A stretch of DNA of 64,000 nt, taken from assembly GCF_009914755.1 (NCBI RefSeq), contig NC_060927.1; one strand, written 5' to 3'. Positions 13,063 through 28,176 of this stretch are shown piece after piece. Every line of letters starts with the position of its first letter. Position 1 is the stretch's first letter. Both the position numbers and the translations under genes were made by a program. The DNA comes from the human T2T-CHM13v2.0 reference genome, Homo sapiens. The notes under the pieces are model-generated. The model did no database searches. It had not been told where the DNA came from and worked only from the letters and a program-made list of their open reading frames with translations.

Positions 13063-15727
13063 AGAAATGAGTATTTTAAAAGACACGCATTGACAAATTA
13101 GTTTTTAATTAATTTATTTTTTGCCCTCACATTGAATAAGTGATTTCCAAATTGCAATGATGATACCCCACAGACATGGCTAACAATTGTCAGTTCTCAT
13201 GTGTGCATGACTCAACATATAGTCCAATATTTGCCATTTGTTATCCAGTTCAACTCCATGAAATTTGTTCACACATTTTAGAAAAAAAAGGTCAACACTT
13301 TAAGGCTTATAATTCTCCAGTTCAATTGTTAACACCCTTAGAGGAGATATGCAGATCCAGGGCCATCTCATTTCCGGAACCTAAAAGGTAATATGGACCA
13401 CTTAAAAGTTGAAGGTCCCATATTCCTGTCCTTGCATTTAGAAATGTAATCAGGAGTAAGCAAGGATCTTAGGTATTCCAGCTGATCATTTAATAAAGCA
13501 AATGTCCAGCTATAAGCTTCAGACACATTTTAGAACTCTTGCAAAGGCTAATATAATCATACATGTAAATTAGGCAGAGGATTTTTTTTTCTCAAAACTT
13601 TTGAAAAGGAAAGGGATTGTTGTGAAATTAACCATAAAGAAGGTGGGCAGGGAATGGCAAAGGTTATCCTGCATGATGTGTGACTAATCTCTAAACTAAC
13701 TTCTTTTAGAAGATAGTGACCTTAACCTTGGCCATGGGGGTTGCCAGGTCTTTTATGTCTTTGAGGCACATGTTGTGTGTGAACCTATATTTCAAAGATA
13801 GAGATCAATGAGAGTGTGTTTCTGGGTGTAAGATTTCCTGCAAATGGGACTTACATACTTTCATAATGCAGGGCTATGGGAGAAGGTGCCTTGTAAGGGA
13901 TGTCTTGAAGTAAGTCCCTTGAAAGGGACATTTGGATTTTCCAGTAGATTTAAAAGGCATAAACAGTTGATTTCCCAGTCAGCTTCTGGAATCTCATTGC
14001 CTTTCTCCTCTCCCAGCAGCAGCCAAAGTCCTGACCATCAATCTATAACTTGCAGAAACTTCTAAGTCTCATAAGCAAAGCTTCCTGCCTATAAATTGAT
14101 GTCCCTGAGTGCACAGCTATTCTCTACATCCTATGTTTCCCAGAGGACAGTGTTTAGAGATCTCTAGAGGAATTTCTCTCATTGGGAGTCACAGTTGATC
14201 TCTTAGCCAGTATCACAGCTCTCTTTTTTTCTGGCCAATGGCTGTGACTTTAACTTTTAGCTGACACTATGAACCAGAAGTCTGAATGCATGAGTGAGTG
14301 AATGAGTAAGTAAATAAATGAATGAATGAATGCTGGCTGGTAGAAGCTCAAAATATAAGCAAAAAAAAAAAAAATCCACACATTTCCATGCAATCACTTC
14401 ACCAAGCATTATCATAGGGAGTTCACTGACATCTCTGTCTCCTTTCTCCACTTCAGGCATCAGACCTCATAAAAATGAAAAAGATCTTCTATTAATGAAA
14501 GGTTGGAACGTAAAATAGTACAGAAAGTTTTGTTAAATTCACTATAGCTTCCAACTACTAGTTTTTGGTAGCTTCTTTGGCATTTACACAAAGCTTTGTG
14601 TAGTATGTGTGGTGGTGGATTTTTCTGGTTTTCTGGATTTTTTTCTTTGTTATAAAATTTGTTCATTTTAAGAGCCTGTATGTTTGCATACAGGAAGTTT
14701 GTGTGGTAAGTTATATGCATGTTATCTTGAACCATTTATTACATTAAATGGAAAGAGAGGAAAAATATTTTTGTTCCTGTTATTCCCAAAACCATACAAG
14801 ACAAACGGGTTTTGTCACGCACATGACAATTTCTCTCCCTTCTCAGCAGCATGGAAAATTTGAACTCTATTAACCACAAAAGCAAGATGTATGGCGTCTA
14901 AGAATTTCTCACTTGCTGTCCTTGTAGATAATTTTTTAACTGGAAGAGAGAGGTTTAAAGGACTATGACTTAGGTTCACCTGACGGACACCAAGTTTGGG
15001 AAATGGAGGGCAGATCATTCCCAACCAGGCGGGTGTCCCTTGCAGCCCTATGCATGTGACCACAGCTCTTGTATAAGGGCATCATACTGATATTGCAACC
15101 AAAGTTAACTTAAGGTTGAAACTCAAAACTAAACTTAAAGGAAACCAGAGCCTATCACAATTGAGCAAAAAAAAAAAAAGGAAACAGTGGGAGTTCGTGT
15201 GGACAGAAATTTTCAAGTTTCCCACTGCTTGTATTTGTCGGTATCACATCCAAAGTCCCCACCCACCCACCCTCTCTCCCTCCATCCCAAAGTGATGCCA
15301 AGGGAAACACATACAGGAACATATGCACATATATCTATAGAAGGAGCACTGTAGGGCTTTGCCAAAGTGGTTTTGATCACAGCAGATCATTTACTTATCT
15401 TTGTTTAACACAGGGAGTTCCCTTAACTTGCTGTCCTCAGAGTAAGTTTCAGCACCTGGCAAGTGACATTTAATTTTGTTCCTTTGAAAGGGCACACAGA
15501 GGTTATTACCACCCAGTTCCCAAGTTGCTATCAGGACTTGAACCCATGTGAGAACTAATGGCAAGCCACACAGCCCTTTACCTACCTCACACCCACACAT
15601 GGAAACCTAGCTCAGTTTGGGCTCATCTTTGAGGGCATCTTATTTGAAAATCTGTCCCTGCAAAGGTATCCATTCCCCAGGATACTGTAAGAATGAAAGC
15701 ACAATGTAAGTTCATCATGAGCATAAT

Positions 15728-15925
15728 TCCTAACATTTATTGAGCACTTACAATGTGACAAGTCTTGTGCTAAATGCTGCACAAGGATGAGCCCATTTAA
15801 TCCTTGTAACAACCCTATGGTGTAGAGGAAACTGAGGCACAGAGAGGTTACATGACTTGCTTAGGATCATACAGCTGTTAAATGGAGAATACAGGCAACC
15901 TGACTCCTGAGTTTATGCTCTTAAC
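15728..15925 (-). mobile_element. MIR
   Basis: AACATTTATTGAGCACTTAC...GAGGAAACTGAGGCACAGAGAGGTTA core. Confidence 0.85.
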
Positions 15926-15961
15926 AAATATATTCTTCAGGCTCCATTTAAATACTTTTGT

Positions 15962-15976
15962 GAGAGAGAGAGAGAG

Positions 15977-16017
<41 letters not shown>
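15962..16017. repeat. Compound (GA)n(GT)n microsatellite
   Basis: Uninterrupted GA run followed by a GT run. Confidence 0.97.
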
Positions 16018-16019
<2 letters not shown>

Positions 16020-16451
16020 AATATGTATATGAGTGGGTTTCTGGAAGGGAGGTGCAGGAGGTGACACAAGGGCAAAAAGAAATGGAAGGAGAAGAAAGAT
16101 ATTCTTCTCCAAGAAGAGCCTTGGAGCAACTCTTCACGGACACACTTTTCGTTTATAGTCTAAAGGGACCCTTTTAAATAGAGTATCAACAGTAGGCTGC
16201 TGGTAAGATGTATAGCAATATCTCACTCTCTCCTAGTGGCAATTTGGGAGACCAATTCAAGAAAACATCATTTACCAATTACTGGGGTTTCTAAGGAATT
16301 TCTTTGGGAAAGGTGTGAATTGCAGCAAAAAGTAAATCCTACCATTTTCAGATCCCAAAGCTTGCTTTTTCCAGCTCTTTTCTGTGAAGGGACATGGAAG
16401 GATTAAAAAAAATCCAAAACCCAAAAACTGTATCTCCATCTCACACCATCT

Positions 16452-16821
<370 letters not shown>

Positions 16822-19085
16822 ATACACCATCTTATAAAAAGAAACTTCATCCTCTTGCTTTGATTTTTCTCCCCAAAGTGATTTCTATTGTCATTGAGAC
16901 TTCACAGGCAACAAGGGAAGGCTCCTGTCTAGTTATTAAAACATGAGCCCTTCCTCAGAAAGTAGCTCATTCTAATACCTTATTGGGGAATTTAAGACAT
17001 AATACCCAACAGTAATCTTGTGAATTTAACAGACTATTGCTTTGTAGGTTCAATCGCCATGTCTCTCTTTTGTGCTTCCTCCTTAGAACTTCTACTAACC
17101 TCAAGGAAAGTCCTATGTGGTGAAAATATAAAAGTTGAAAACAGTTTGCTGTATTATATTTCTATTACAGATTACTGCTAGAAGACCTTAGACATCATTT
17201 AATGCCATCTTCCTTGGGGTCGGGGTGGGGGTGGTGGGGGGCGGGGCAAGGAGAACAAGGCCTAAATATGTGAGCTGAATATCCTCAAAGCCACATGTTG
17301 TCTCAAGGTTTGGTCCTTCTTTGAATCCCACTTAGTTTCTCACGTTTACTGAGTATCTTATATGCCCCCATTTCATTAAGATGGCCATAGACTGTTCAAT
17401 ATGAAAAAGATTGTTCAGAAGTTTTCACTGAATCAATACAAATTTTGGACTCACATTCTTCTCTCTAGTGTTTTTCCAAAAAAGACCTAAGACAAAGTCA
17501 TTTTAAAAAAGGTGTGACTCAGTTGGCCATACTTAAATGTTAATAAAATCCTATTTTGATTTCATAATACACTACTAGAGATAGTTTCCAAGTTAGATTA
17601 ATGCAATTTCTTTACTGTACTGATCAGTAAAAGTTTTTTACTTAGTAGAATTGAGGTAAAGAGGCAAAAGTAGAAGCCAAGAGCTAATCATCAATGTGAG
17701 GTCACAGTGGTGACTACAGGCTGCGTGAGAAAAGAGAATTTGCCTATGTTATTTACCACAGTGAACTAAATATTAACAGTGTATGGTAAGTAGTAGGCAA
17801 TCAACACGTTTTGGTTAAATAAATTAACAAAAAGGTGATGGGGTAAGGAGGATTTCCTCATATATTTCTATATGCTCTGGCTACTACGTTTCCCCAGTTG
17901 CCCAAAGACAATGTGTTCTTAATGGATCATGGCACATCTCATAGCTGGAACAGACCAGGTAAATAGCAGCTTCTTAAAGAAAGAAACTGAGAAGACAGTA
18001 TTATTTGGTGCTTTAAACTGTGATTTATTTGCACAATGATGGGAAAGGTAGAGCTGGCTCCCAAGAATGGTTCTCAACTTCTCCACCTTATCAATGCTGT
18101 AACATGATAAGACATGTTATCCCTGGATAATATCTCCTGCTTCTCAAGGTTGCCTTCTCTAAGCCTCAGGTTCCACATGTGTGAAATGTCAGTAACTCTA
18201 ATTAAAGGTTGTAAATGAGGAAAGGTGCCATTTCTGAATCAGAAATTTTGGCAATCTCTGGAAAACACAAGGAGAAACGACTGACTGATTTGAAAAAAAA
18301 ATCAAAGCATGAACTGACAAGCCCAAATTGCACCATGAGTAGGGTGCAATGCAATTCTTCTCCATGGAAACTCAGCAAGGGCTGAGTCAAGTGGTGATCT
18401 CTGAGATAATTTATTAAAGAGCAGTTGAATAAGCATGGCTGTTGATCTCTACACTCATTTATCTGTCTGCCCATATTCAGCAGTTGGTCATGGTTTTCTG
18501 TCCAGGTTAAAACTATGATAATGGCCTCCAAACAAATCAGAGACTTTGTTTCAGGGATAAAAAGTGAGCATTTTGACAGGAGAGAAAAGTAAAGCATGAC
18601 TATAAATTCAGGTATAAGATAGAAAGGTAGCTCCTTCTTGAAGTGCAAAGCGTTGAAGCACATTACCTCCTAAGTTTGGCAACCATGAATGAAGGTGCCA
18701 TGCTCTTGGCCCTCATCCTTAGAAAAGCCTAGATTTTGTCATTCTCTGTTCACTGGAGAGAACCTTCCCAGTGAGAGCAGAGCCTACTGCAGAGATAATA
18801 CTTTACTTCTGCTGAGGAAAACCCACATTAGCTGCGTGTATTAATCACCCCATGCTTGAATTTCTAAAAATGAGTATACAAGCAATAATCCCAAAATATT
18901 TGGAAAGACATAAATAATAAATACAGAAAAATTAAAATCTGGAATTCAAAATAATTAAAATAATTCTAGAGGGAAAGGAAGGAATGAAAGTACACCAAAC
19001 ACTTGTTTGAAGGGTGTGGGTTGTAAATATTGATTTATCTTCGATAATAGGAAAATATGTTTATATACATTAAAAATACATGGCT

Positions 19086-19400
<315 letters not shown>

Positions 19401-19960
19401 TTACATGGCTAAACATGAGCTACCTAGAAATAGGATGTAGAGATTCCAAGATGCTTTTGTAAGACACAGCACAACACAAGCACAAAACTGAAAAGGGGAC
19501 AAAGACAACTCCGTCAATCCAGTGAATGAGAAAAAATTTCATATCAAATAGAAAATAAAACAAGATGACAGAAATAAAATCAAATACACATGTAATCACA
19601 ACAAAAGGCAATGGCTTGAACTTCCATCAAAAACAAAGATGTTCAGATGTAAAAGGAAAAAAGTACATATGTAGTTTATAAGAGAAATACTTTTAAATTG
19701 GTTTGAAAATATTAAAAATATGAAGATTTATAAACATATATCAGGCAGAGGATAAAGAGGCAATTCATGAAAGAAGAAATATAAATCGTCTGTACCTCTA
19801 TGAGAAGGTACTCAATTTCTAGCAAGGATAAGAAGATTAACTAAAATGACCTTGAGCTACCATTTTCCACCTGTAATAAGATAAGTAAATTTTTTAAACT
19901 ATTGTCGATAGCCAGGGTTAATAAGGATGTGTAGAAACAGGCATTGCTAATGAAACTATT
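19401..19960 (+). mobile_element. Highly degraded L1M fragments (ORF2 start and late ORF2)
   Basis: AAGATGACAGAAATAAAATCAAATACACATGTAATCACA...AATGGCTTGAACTT resembles the L1 ORF2 endonuclease start. Confidence 0.55.
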
Positions 19961-22674
19961 AATTGGCTGGGATTCTCCGAGTTATGGGGGGCTACATGGA
20001 AAGGGAACAAGAATGGAATGATCCCACTGACTTATCTCCAGGATAAAGACTAGGAGTCTGGACAAAGGTATCCAGAAGACAAGTTGAGTTAACAAGTCAT
20101 GTCATCATAGAGGGTAGAGACCCAGACTCAGCTCTGATGCTTCCTTACTTTGTTCTCTAGGGCAAGCCTCTTTGCTAGAACATGCTTCAATTTCTCCATC
20201 TGCCTTAGTGTTCTCTTCAGATAAAATGAAATAGTATATGTAAAATGCTTTATAGAATATAAAAAACTGCACCATGTGTGACATTATCATTTTTTATAAT
20301 AATAAAAATTGTATTTACATGCTCCCACAAGAAGGACAGGAAAGATTAAATGTCTATGAAATTGGACAAAATCTGGCTACCACTATCTGAATGCTTTTAT
20401 CCTCCCTCAAAAATTTTAAACATTTAAAAAGCAGCAATTTCAGCATCCTTGGATAGATCCAAATATATGGTCAACTTGTTTTCTTTATAGAAATACAAGA
20501 AGATGCTCCCCTGCTCCCCCACAGCTGTGCCTGTCTAAAGCATTCACAATCACTGGGTTTCTTACAGAGCCCACTTAGGAGAAACCAAAGAAAGTGCTTT
20601 TAGCAGCTGGGTCCCAAGCCTAGGCCACAGGTCTCAGTGTAGCTCGTCAACCCTGAAGTGGGAGGTAGGGACTCAGGATTTTGGTTATACCTTCCATTGT
20701 CTGCCTTTTACTGTCACAGTTGCTGTTGTTTCTAAGGGTGACATCTGAGCAGGCTTTCAACACTGGGGAGAAAGAGATTTCTACAATCTAGGAATGACAG
20801 GGCTTCTCAGAGGAAATGAAACTTTCTTCTTTAAGACCCTTAGTATCATCTTCAAAAGTCAGCTCCTCCACAGAAAATTTTTATTAACCTAAGATATTCC
20901 ATTTGAGAGTCATCGCTCTATAGAGCAGTTTTTTTAAATGGTATTGGGCAGATACCAATATACTTGAGGAATAGTTAAGACACTGGGCTGGAATTCTACA
21001 TCAGCCTCTTACATCTGCAAACTTGTGTATGATAATTCAATTCCTGGTGCCTCTGATTCTTTATCTTTTCTGCCACTAGTATGTGGCAAGTACTTGATAA
21101 ATGGTAGCGTTGGTCTTTGTTATTGTCTCATTAGTACTTTACTTCTATTCAGGCAGAGTCATTATTTCACTAGCAACATTAGTAAAGGAAGACAGTAGGC
21201 AAGATAACATCTAGTTTCTCACACCTGGGAGAAAAAGACCAGATGGCCTAGGCTATACTTACAGACAAAGACAAAGAAAAGCTGGGCTGCTGTGGGTAAA
21301 ATTGTTTGAAAATGTTAAGACATGCTAAGTGCCTACTACCAGTTGAGTCAATTGAGAGGCATGGCTGGGAATCAGATTCAAACTGCAGTCAATCTAGATT
21401 TTAAAAGCTTCTTTAAACAAATCTAAAAGTGACAGAATGACTTCTCTTTTCTGATAGGTAAATTCAAATTCAGATCCATAACCATAAATTATATGATCTG
21501 CCAGTTCTACTAGAGTCATGTCTTTTCATGGAGGCTTTCCATCCCCTTCCTGACCCAGTTTCCAGTGGAAAAAGTGGAGGCCATTTGTGAATAGATGGGG
21601 AATTTCAGCAGAGAAATAGAAATTATAAGGCAGAGTCAAGTGGGACTACTAGAAATAAAATCATGATAACAGAAAAGAACAATGCTTTTGAAGGGCTCAT
21701 TTGCAGGCATGATATAGCCAAGGAAATAATCAGTGAACATGGAAAGAGATCAATAAAAATTACTAAAGCTGAGAACACAGAGGATAAAAAAAGTGAGAGA
21801 AGAAGAAAGAACAGTGCACTCAAGAGTTATGGAACAATATCAAACATTCTAATATATAATTAATAACTCAGAAGAAGAGAGAGACTGCAGGGAAAAATAT
21901 TTGAAAAGATAATGAAGAATTCTCCAAAAATAATAAAATATGTCAACCACAGATTTAAGAAATTTAGAGAACCTTAAGCTGGATCAATATGCCCTCCCCA
22001 AATACACATACACTCCCCGCCCCACACACAAAAACAGACATACCTAGACATATTAAATCCAGACTTAATGCAAAGATAAAGAGGAAATCTTGAAGGCAGC
22101 CAGACGAAAAAAGAAAGAAATACATATTACTTACCGAAAAATAAAGATAAGCAGATTTCTTGACAAACACTATGCAAGTCAGAAGAAAGTGACATCTTTA
22201 AAATACTAAAAATGAAAGTGGCTATCCTAGTATCCTGTAGCCAGTGAAAATACTTTTCAAGAATGAAGGTAAAATAATGGTCTTTCAGACAAATAAAATT
22301 AGAAAGATGTTATTACCAATAGGCTGACTTTACATGAAATGTTAAAAGAAATTCTTCAAGCAAAAGGAATATGACACTAGATAGAAACCTAGATCTACAT
22401 GAAGAAATAAAGAGTTCTGAAAGTAATTTAAAATGGAAATAAATATAAAAATATATTTTCATATTATTCATCATTCTAAAAGAAGTTGACTGCCTAAACA
22501 AAAAAAATAGCAGCAATATATTGGGGGTAAATAGCATATATAAAAGTAAAATAAATGTCAACAATAGCATAGAAAAAGGAAGAGAAGAGTTGGAAGTAAG
22601 ACCCTTACACTATGTGATATTCTGTTATTTAAAAATAGACACGAAAATTATATATATACATAGTAAATTTTTAA

Positions 22675-24034
22675 ATGACTTTAACCTTTATTTTAGATTC
22701 ATGAGGTACATGTACAGGTTTGCTACATGGGTATATTGCATGATGCGGAGGGTTGGCTTCTAAAGATCACATCGCCCAGATAGTGAGCATAATACCCAAC
22801 AGTTAGTTTTTCAACCCTTATGTCCCTCCCCTCCTTCCCCTTCCTATAAGTCCCCAATGTCTATTTTTGCCATCTTTATGTTCATAAGTACCTAGCATGT
22901 AGATCCCACTTAAAGCAAGACCATGCAATATTTGTTTTTCTGTTCCTGCATTAATTTCCTTAGGATAATTACCTCCAGCTGTATCCATGTTGTTACAAAG
23001 GACATGGTTCCATTCATTTTTATGGCTGTGCGGTATTTGTGTATATGTACCACATCTTCCTTATACAGTAAACCGTTGATGAGTACCTAGGTTGATTCCA
23101 TGTCTTTGCTATTACTAGTAGTGCTGTGATGAACATATAAGTATGTGTCTTTTGGTAGAACAATTTATTTTCTTTTTGATACATATCCAGTAATGGGGTT
23201 GCTGGGTCAAATAGTAGTTTTAAGTTCTTTGAGAAATCTCCAAACAGTTTTCCGCAGTGGCTGAACTAATTTATATTTCCACTGACAGTGCATAGGCAGC
23301 TCCTTTTCTCTGCAGCCTCACCAGAATCTGTTTTTTGATTTTTTAATAATAGCCATTCTGACGCGTGTGAGATGATATTTCATTGTGGTTTTGATTTGCA
23401 TTTCTCTGATGATTCGTGTTGCTGAGCATTTTTTCATATGCTTGTTGGCCGCTTATATGTCTTCTTTTGAGAATTGTCTGTTCATATCTTTTGTCTATTT
23501 TTTTATGGAGTTATTTGTGTTTTGCTTGTTGCATTGTTTAACTTCCTGATAGATTCTGGACATCAAATCTTTGTCAATTGTATAGGTTGCAAATATTTTT
23601 TCTCATTCTGTAGGTTCTGTTTACTCTGTTGATGGCTTCTTTTGCTTTACAGAGTGCTTTAGTTTAATTAGGTCTCACTTGTCAATTTTTGTTTTTGTTG
23701 CAATTGCTTTTGAGGACTTAATCATGCATTCTTTCCCAAGGACAATGTCCAGAATGATGTTTTCTTCTAGGATTCTTATAGTTTGAGGTCTTATATTTAA
23801 GTCTTTTGTCCATCTTGAGTTAAGTTTTACATATGGTGAAAGGTGGGGATTTAGTTTCATTCTTCTGCATGTAGCAGCCAGCCAGCTATCCCAATACCAC
23901 TTACTAAATAGGGAGTCCTTTCCCCATTGCTTATTTTTGTCAACTTTGTCAAAGATCAGATGCTGTAGGTGAGTGCCTTTATTCTGGGTTCTTTATTCTG
24001 TTCCATTGGTCTATGTGCCTGCTTTTGTACCAGT
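22675..24034 (-). mobile_element. 5'-truncated L1PA15/16- or L1PB-type element nested in the L1M
   Basis: Reverse 3' end TTTATTTTAGATTCATGAGGTACATGTACAGGTTTG; ORF 23675-23860(-) is an ORF2 fragment. Confidence 0.88.
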
Positions 24035-25443
24035 AAATGTATATTGCAAATCCTAAGACAACCAGTAAAATACTTTAAAAAGAGGCATAAATAAAAATCC
24101 AACAGTGGAGATAAACTAGAATCATAAAAAAACTTAATCCAAAACTAAGTAGAAAAAGAAGTAAAAAAAAAAAAAAAGACAGAAGAGGAAACAAATGGAA
24201 AATACCTAGTAAAATAGTACAGTTTAATACAATCCTATTCATAATTATATTAAACTTAAATCATTTACCTGTACTAATTAAAATATGAAAATTATCAGAT
24301 TGGATGAGAACATAAAATATCCATATGCTATCTACAAGAAACACTTTAGATATAAAGACTTAAATAGGTTGAAAATAAAAGGAGGGAAAAAAGATATGCA
24401 ACAACACTAATAAAAAGAAGTCTGGAGCGGCTATAATAATATCAGACAACATCGACTTCAAAAGGAAGATATTATCAGAGATAAAGAGGACCATAATGAT
24501 AAAGGATTCAGTTTTCCAAGAAGACATAACAATCCTAAATGTGTATGCACCTAACAACTGAGTTTCTAAATTTATGAAGCAAATGTTTTAGAGCTGAGAA
24601 GAAAAATAGGCAAATCTACAATTGTACTTGGAGAGCTTAATGCTGCTCTCTCATCAATTGGTAGAATATGTAAGAGAGAATCAGCAAGTGTATAGAAGAC
24701 CCAAGCGTCACTACCAACATACTTAACCTAATTGATATTTACCTAACACTCCACCCAATAACAGCAGAATCCACATTCTTTCCATGTGCAAATTAAACAC
24801 TCACCAAGATAGACCATATTCTGAGTCGTAATACAAACCTTAACAATTTTAAAATAATCAAATCATACGAAAGATTTTGTCTACCCAGGACAGAATTAAC
24901 TTAGAAATCAATAAAAAAAGATATGTGGAAATTCTGCAAATATTCAGAAATTAAACATCATACTTCTAAATAACCAGTGAGTCACAGAGGAAGTCAAAAA
25001 GAAATTAGAAAATATTTTTTACTGAACTAGTATGAATACATAACATAAAATGTATGTAAAGTTTCCAAAGCAGTGCTTAGAGGGAAATTTGTAACATAAA
25101 AATCTTTATATTATTCTTATATTAGGAAAAAGTTCACAAATTAATGATCTAAGATTTCACTTTAAGAAACTAAAAAAGGACAAATTAAACCTGACATGAG
25201 CAAAAGAAAAGGAATATGAAAAATAAGAGTAGAAATCAATGAAATTTATAAGAGCAATACAATGGAGAAAGTCATCAACAAAACTAATGAACCTCTAATA
25301 AAACTGATAAAAGAAAAAGAAATCAAGACACAAATTACTACTATAAAATGAAAGAAGGTTGAAAAGAAATAACATCACTTCAAACACTACATTAAAAGCA
25401 TAAAAAAAAACCAAACTGATAGCCTTAAATTAAATAACTTAGA

Positions 25444-25642
25444 TCAGGGACTGATAAACTTTTTCTGTAAAGATCCAGATAGTAAATATTATAGGCCTTG
25501 TGGGCCATGCACTGTCTCTATTACATACTCTTATTTTATAATTCCTTTAAAAAGTAATATGATTCTTAGCTTACAGACCATTCAAAAATAAGCTACATTC
25601 CACATTAATCTGGTTCATGGGCATATTTTGCTAAATCCTAAT
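25444..25642. mobile_element. MER58-type hAT MITE nested in the L1M
   Basis: CAGGGACTGATAAACTTTTTCTGTAAAGATCCAGATAGTAAATATT. Confidence 0.75.
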
Positions 25643-26230
25643 ATACATGAAATGGACAAATTCTTTGTGCCACATTATCAAAGGTCAGTCAAGAATAGAT
25701 TACTTGAATAATCCTATATCTATTAGATCAATTGAATTTGTAATTGAAAACATTGCAACCAAGAAAACTTCCAGACCCCAATAGCCTCACTGCCAATATC
25801 CTACCAGACATTTAAGGATGAGTTAATACCAAATTTTTACCAATTCTTTCAGAAATTAGTAAAGAACTGAACACTTTCCACCTCATTTTATGAGATCAGC
25901 ATTACCCTGAGACCAAAATCTGACAAAGGCACTATAAGAAAACTTTAGACCAACAACCGTCTTGAACATAGACACAAAAATCCTCAATGAAATACTTGCA
26001 CATTAAATTCAGTATGTATAAAAAAGACTAACACACCATAATGAAGCAAAATTTATCACATAAATAAAAAGTTTGGTTTTACATTTTAATATCGATATAA
26101 TTCACCATGTCACAGAATAAAGAAGAAAATCCATATGATTATTTAAATAAATATAGAAAAAGCATTTGAAAAATTCAATATTCATTCATGATACAAAGTC
26201 TAACCACATCGAGAATAAAAGGAAGTTTCC

Positions 26231-26530
26231 AGTCAGGCGTGGTGGCTCACACCTGTAATCCCAGCACTTTGGGAGGCCGAGGCGGGTGGATCATGAGGTC
26301 AGGAGATCGAGACCATCCTGGGTAACACGGTGAAACCCCATCTCTACCAAAAATACATAAAAAATTAGCCAGGCTTGGTGGCACACGCCTGTAGTCCCAG
26401 CTACTCAGGAGGCTGAGGCAGGAGAATGCTTGAACCTGGGAGGCAGAGGTTGCAGTGAGCCGAGACTGCGCCACTGCACTCCAGCCTGGGTGAAAGAGCA
26501 AAACTCCGTCTCAAAAACAAAAAAAAAAAA
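26231..26530 (+). mobile_element. Alu (AluSc/Y-like)
   Basis: GAGATCGAGACCATCCTGG diagnostic; TSD AAAAGGAAG(T/C)TTCC. Confidence 0.93.
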
Positions 26531-27804
26531 AAAAGGAAGCTTCCACAACCTGATAGACGGCATCTACAAAAAAACTATCATCACATTTAATGATGAAAGA
26601 CTGACTGCTTTCTCATTAAGAATGGGAATAAAGCAAGGATATTCACTCCCAATACTCCTATTTCAGATAAAGAGATGAAAGCTATATAGATATGAAAGAA
26701 AAAAAACACCTATATTTGCAGATGGCATGACTGTAGAAAATCCCAAAGTTTCTACTAAAAAGCTACTAAAACTAATAAGTGAATAAGGTCATAGGATACA
26801 AGGTGAGTATTAATTAATTAATAAAAATTAATTGTATTTTTATATATTAGCAATAAGCAGTTGGAAATAAAAATTTTTTTAAATCATGTTTTACAATTGT
26901 ACAAAAAGACAAAAAATACAGGCAATATCTGTATAAAACTTTAATAAGAGAAATTTAAAAAGACATGAATAAATGGAGATGTATATAATTTAATTTTTAT
27001 GAATTGTAAGCCTCAATATTATTAATGTCAGTTCAATCCTAAATTGTATGCAATCCTAATCAAATTATCAGCAAGAGTTTTGGTAGAAATTAACAAGCTG
27101 ATTTGAAAATATATGTGGAAAGCCAATCTAGAATAGCCAAAACAATTTTGGAAAAGAAGAACAAAATTGGAGCTGTTAACATTATTTTGTTTCAAGCCTT
27201 ATTATAAAGTTCTAATTATCCAAAAAGGGTGATGTTGGTGAAAGCATATAAACACAGACCATTGAAACAGAATAGACAGTCCAGAAATGGTCCCAAGCAT
27301 TGTATGGTCAAATGATTTTTTGACCAAGGTCCAAAGACAATTCAGTGAATAAAAAAGTTAATCTTTTCAACAAATGGTGCTAGAATAATTTGATATCAAT
27401 ATGCAAAAATGTCAATCTATACCTTGAATTATATACAAAATTTTTACTTAATGCAGAGTACATGCCTAAATGTAAAACCTAAAACTATAAACTTCTAGAA
27501 GGAAACATAAAATATTTTGTAACTTGAGTTAGACAAGGATTACTTACATATGATACCAAAAGCATAATGCATAAAAGAAAGAATCTGATCAATTAGTCTT
27601 CACTAAAAATAAAAAGTTTTTGCTTTTCAAAAATCACTGTTAAGAACATGAAAATGCAAGCCTTGAATTGGCAGAAAATATTAGCAAAACTTATAATTGG
27701 TAAAGAAGTTGTATCCAGGATATATAAAGAACTCTCAAAACTAATCAAAAAGAAAACAAACTAATAAAGATGAACATAAGATTTGAACAGATACTTTGCC
27801 AAAA

Positions 27805-27885
27805 CTTTGAGAGTCTGGGGCTGGAGGATCACTTGAGCCCAGGAGTTTAAAACCAGCCTGGGCAACATGGTGAGACCCCATCTTG
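27805..27885 (+). mobile_element. Partial FLAM/AluJ left monomer
   Basis: GGAGGATCACTTGAGCCCAGGAGTTTAAAACCAGCCTGGGCAACATGGTGAGACCCC. Confidence 0.8.
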
Positions 27886-28130
27886 CCTCTCCCCCACCAC
27901 CAAAAAAGATATATTAATGGCACATAAGCATGTGAAAAGATGCAGAACTGATTAATTATTAGGGAAATGCAAATTAAACCTACAATGAGATACAACTACA
28001 TACCTAATAGAATGGCTAAATTTATTTTTAAAAATTGGCTGTGAGAGTCTTATAGGTTGCTGATGTTGGGAAATGAGTATGGTATTTTCCTATAAAATTA
28101 AATATACATTTGCCTTATGACCCAGGAATT

Positions 28131-28176
28131 ACACACACACAAGCACACAAAACCACACACACACACACACACACAC
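28131..28176. repeat. Interrupted (CA)n
   Basis: Visible CA runs. Confidence 0.9.

Noticed and set aside
18202-18663. 153 aa minus-strand ORF in unique DNA
   Set aside because: Non-ATG start, Leu/Phe/Ser-rich composition typical of chance ORFs, no domain or splice support.
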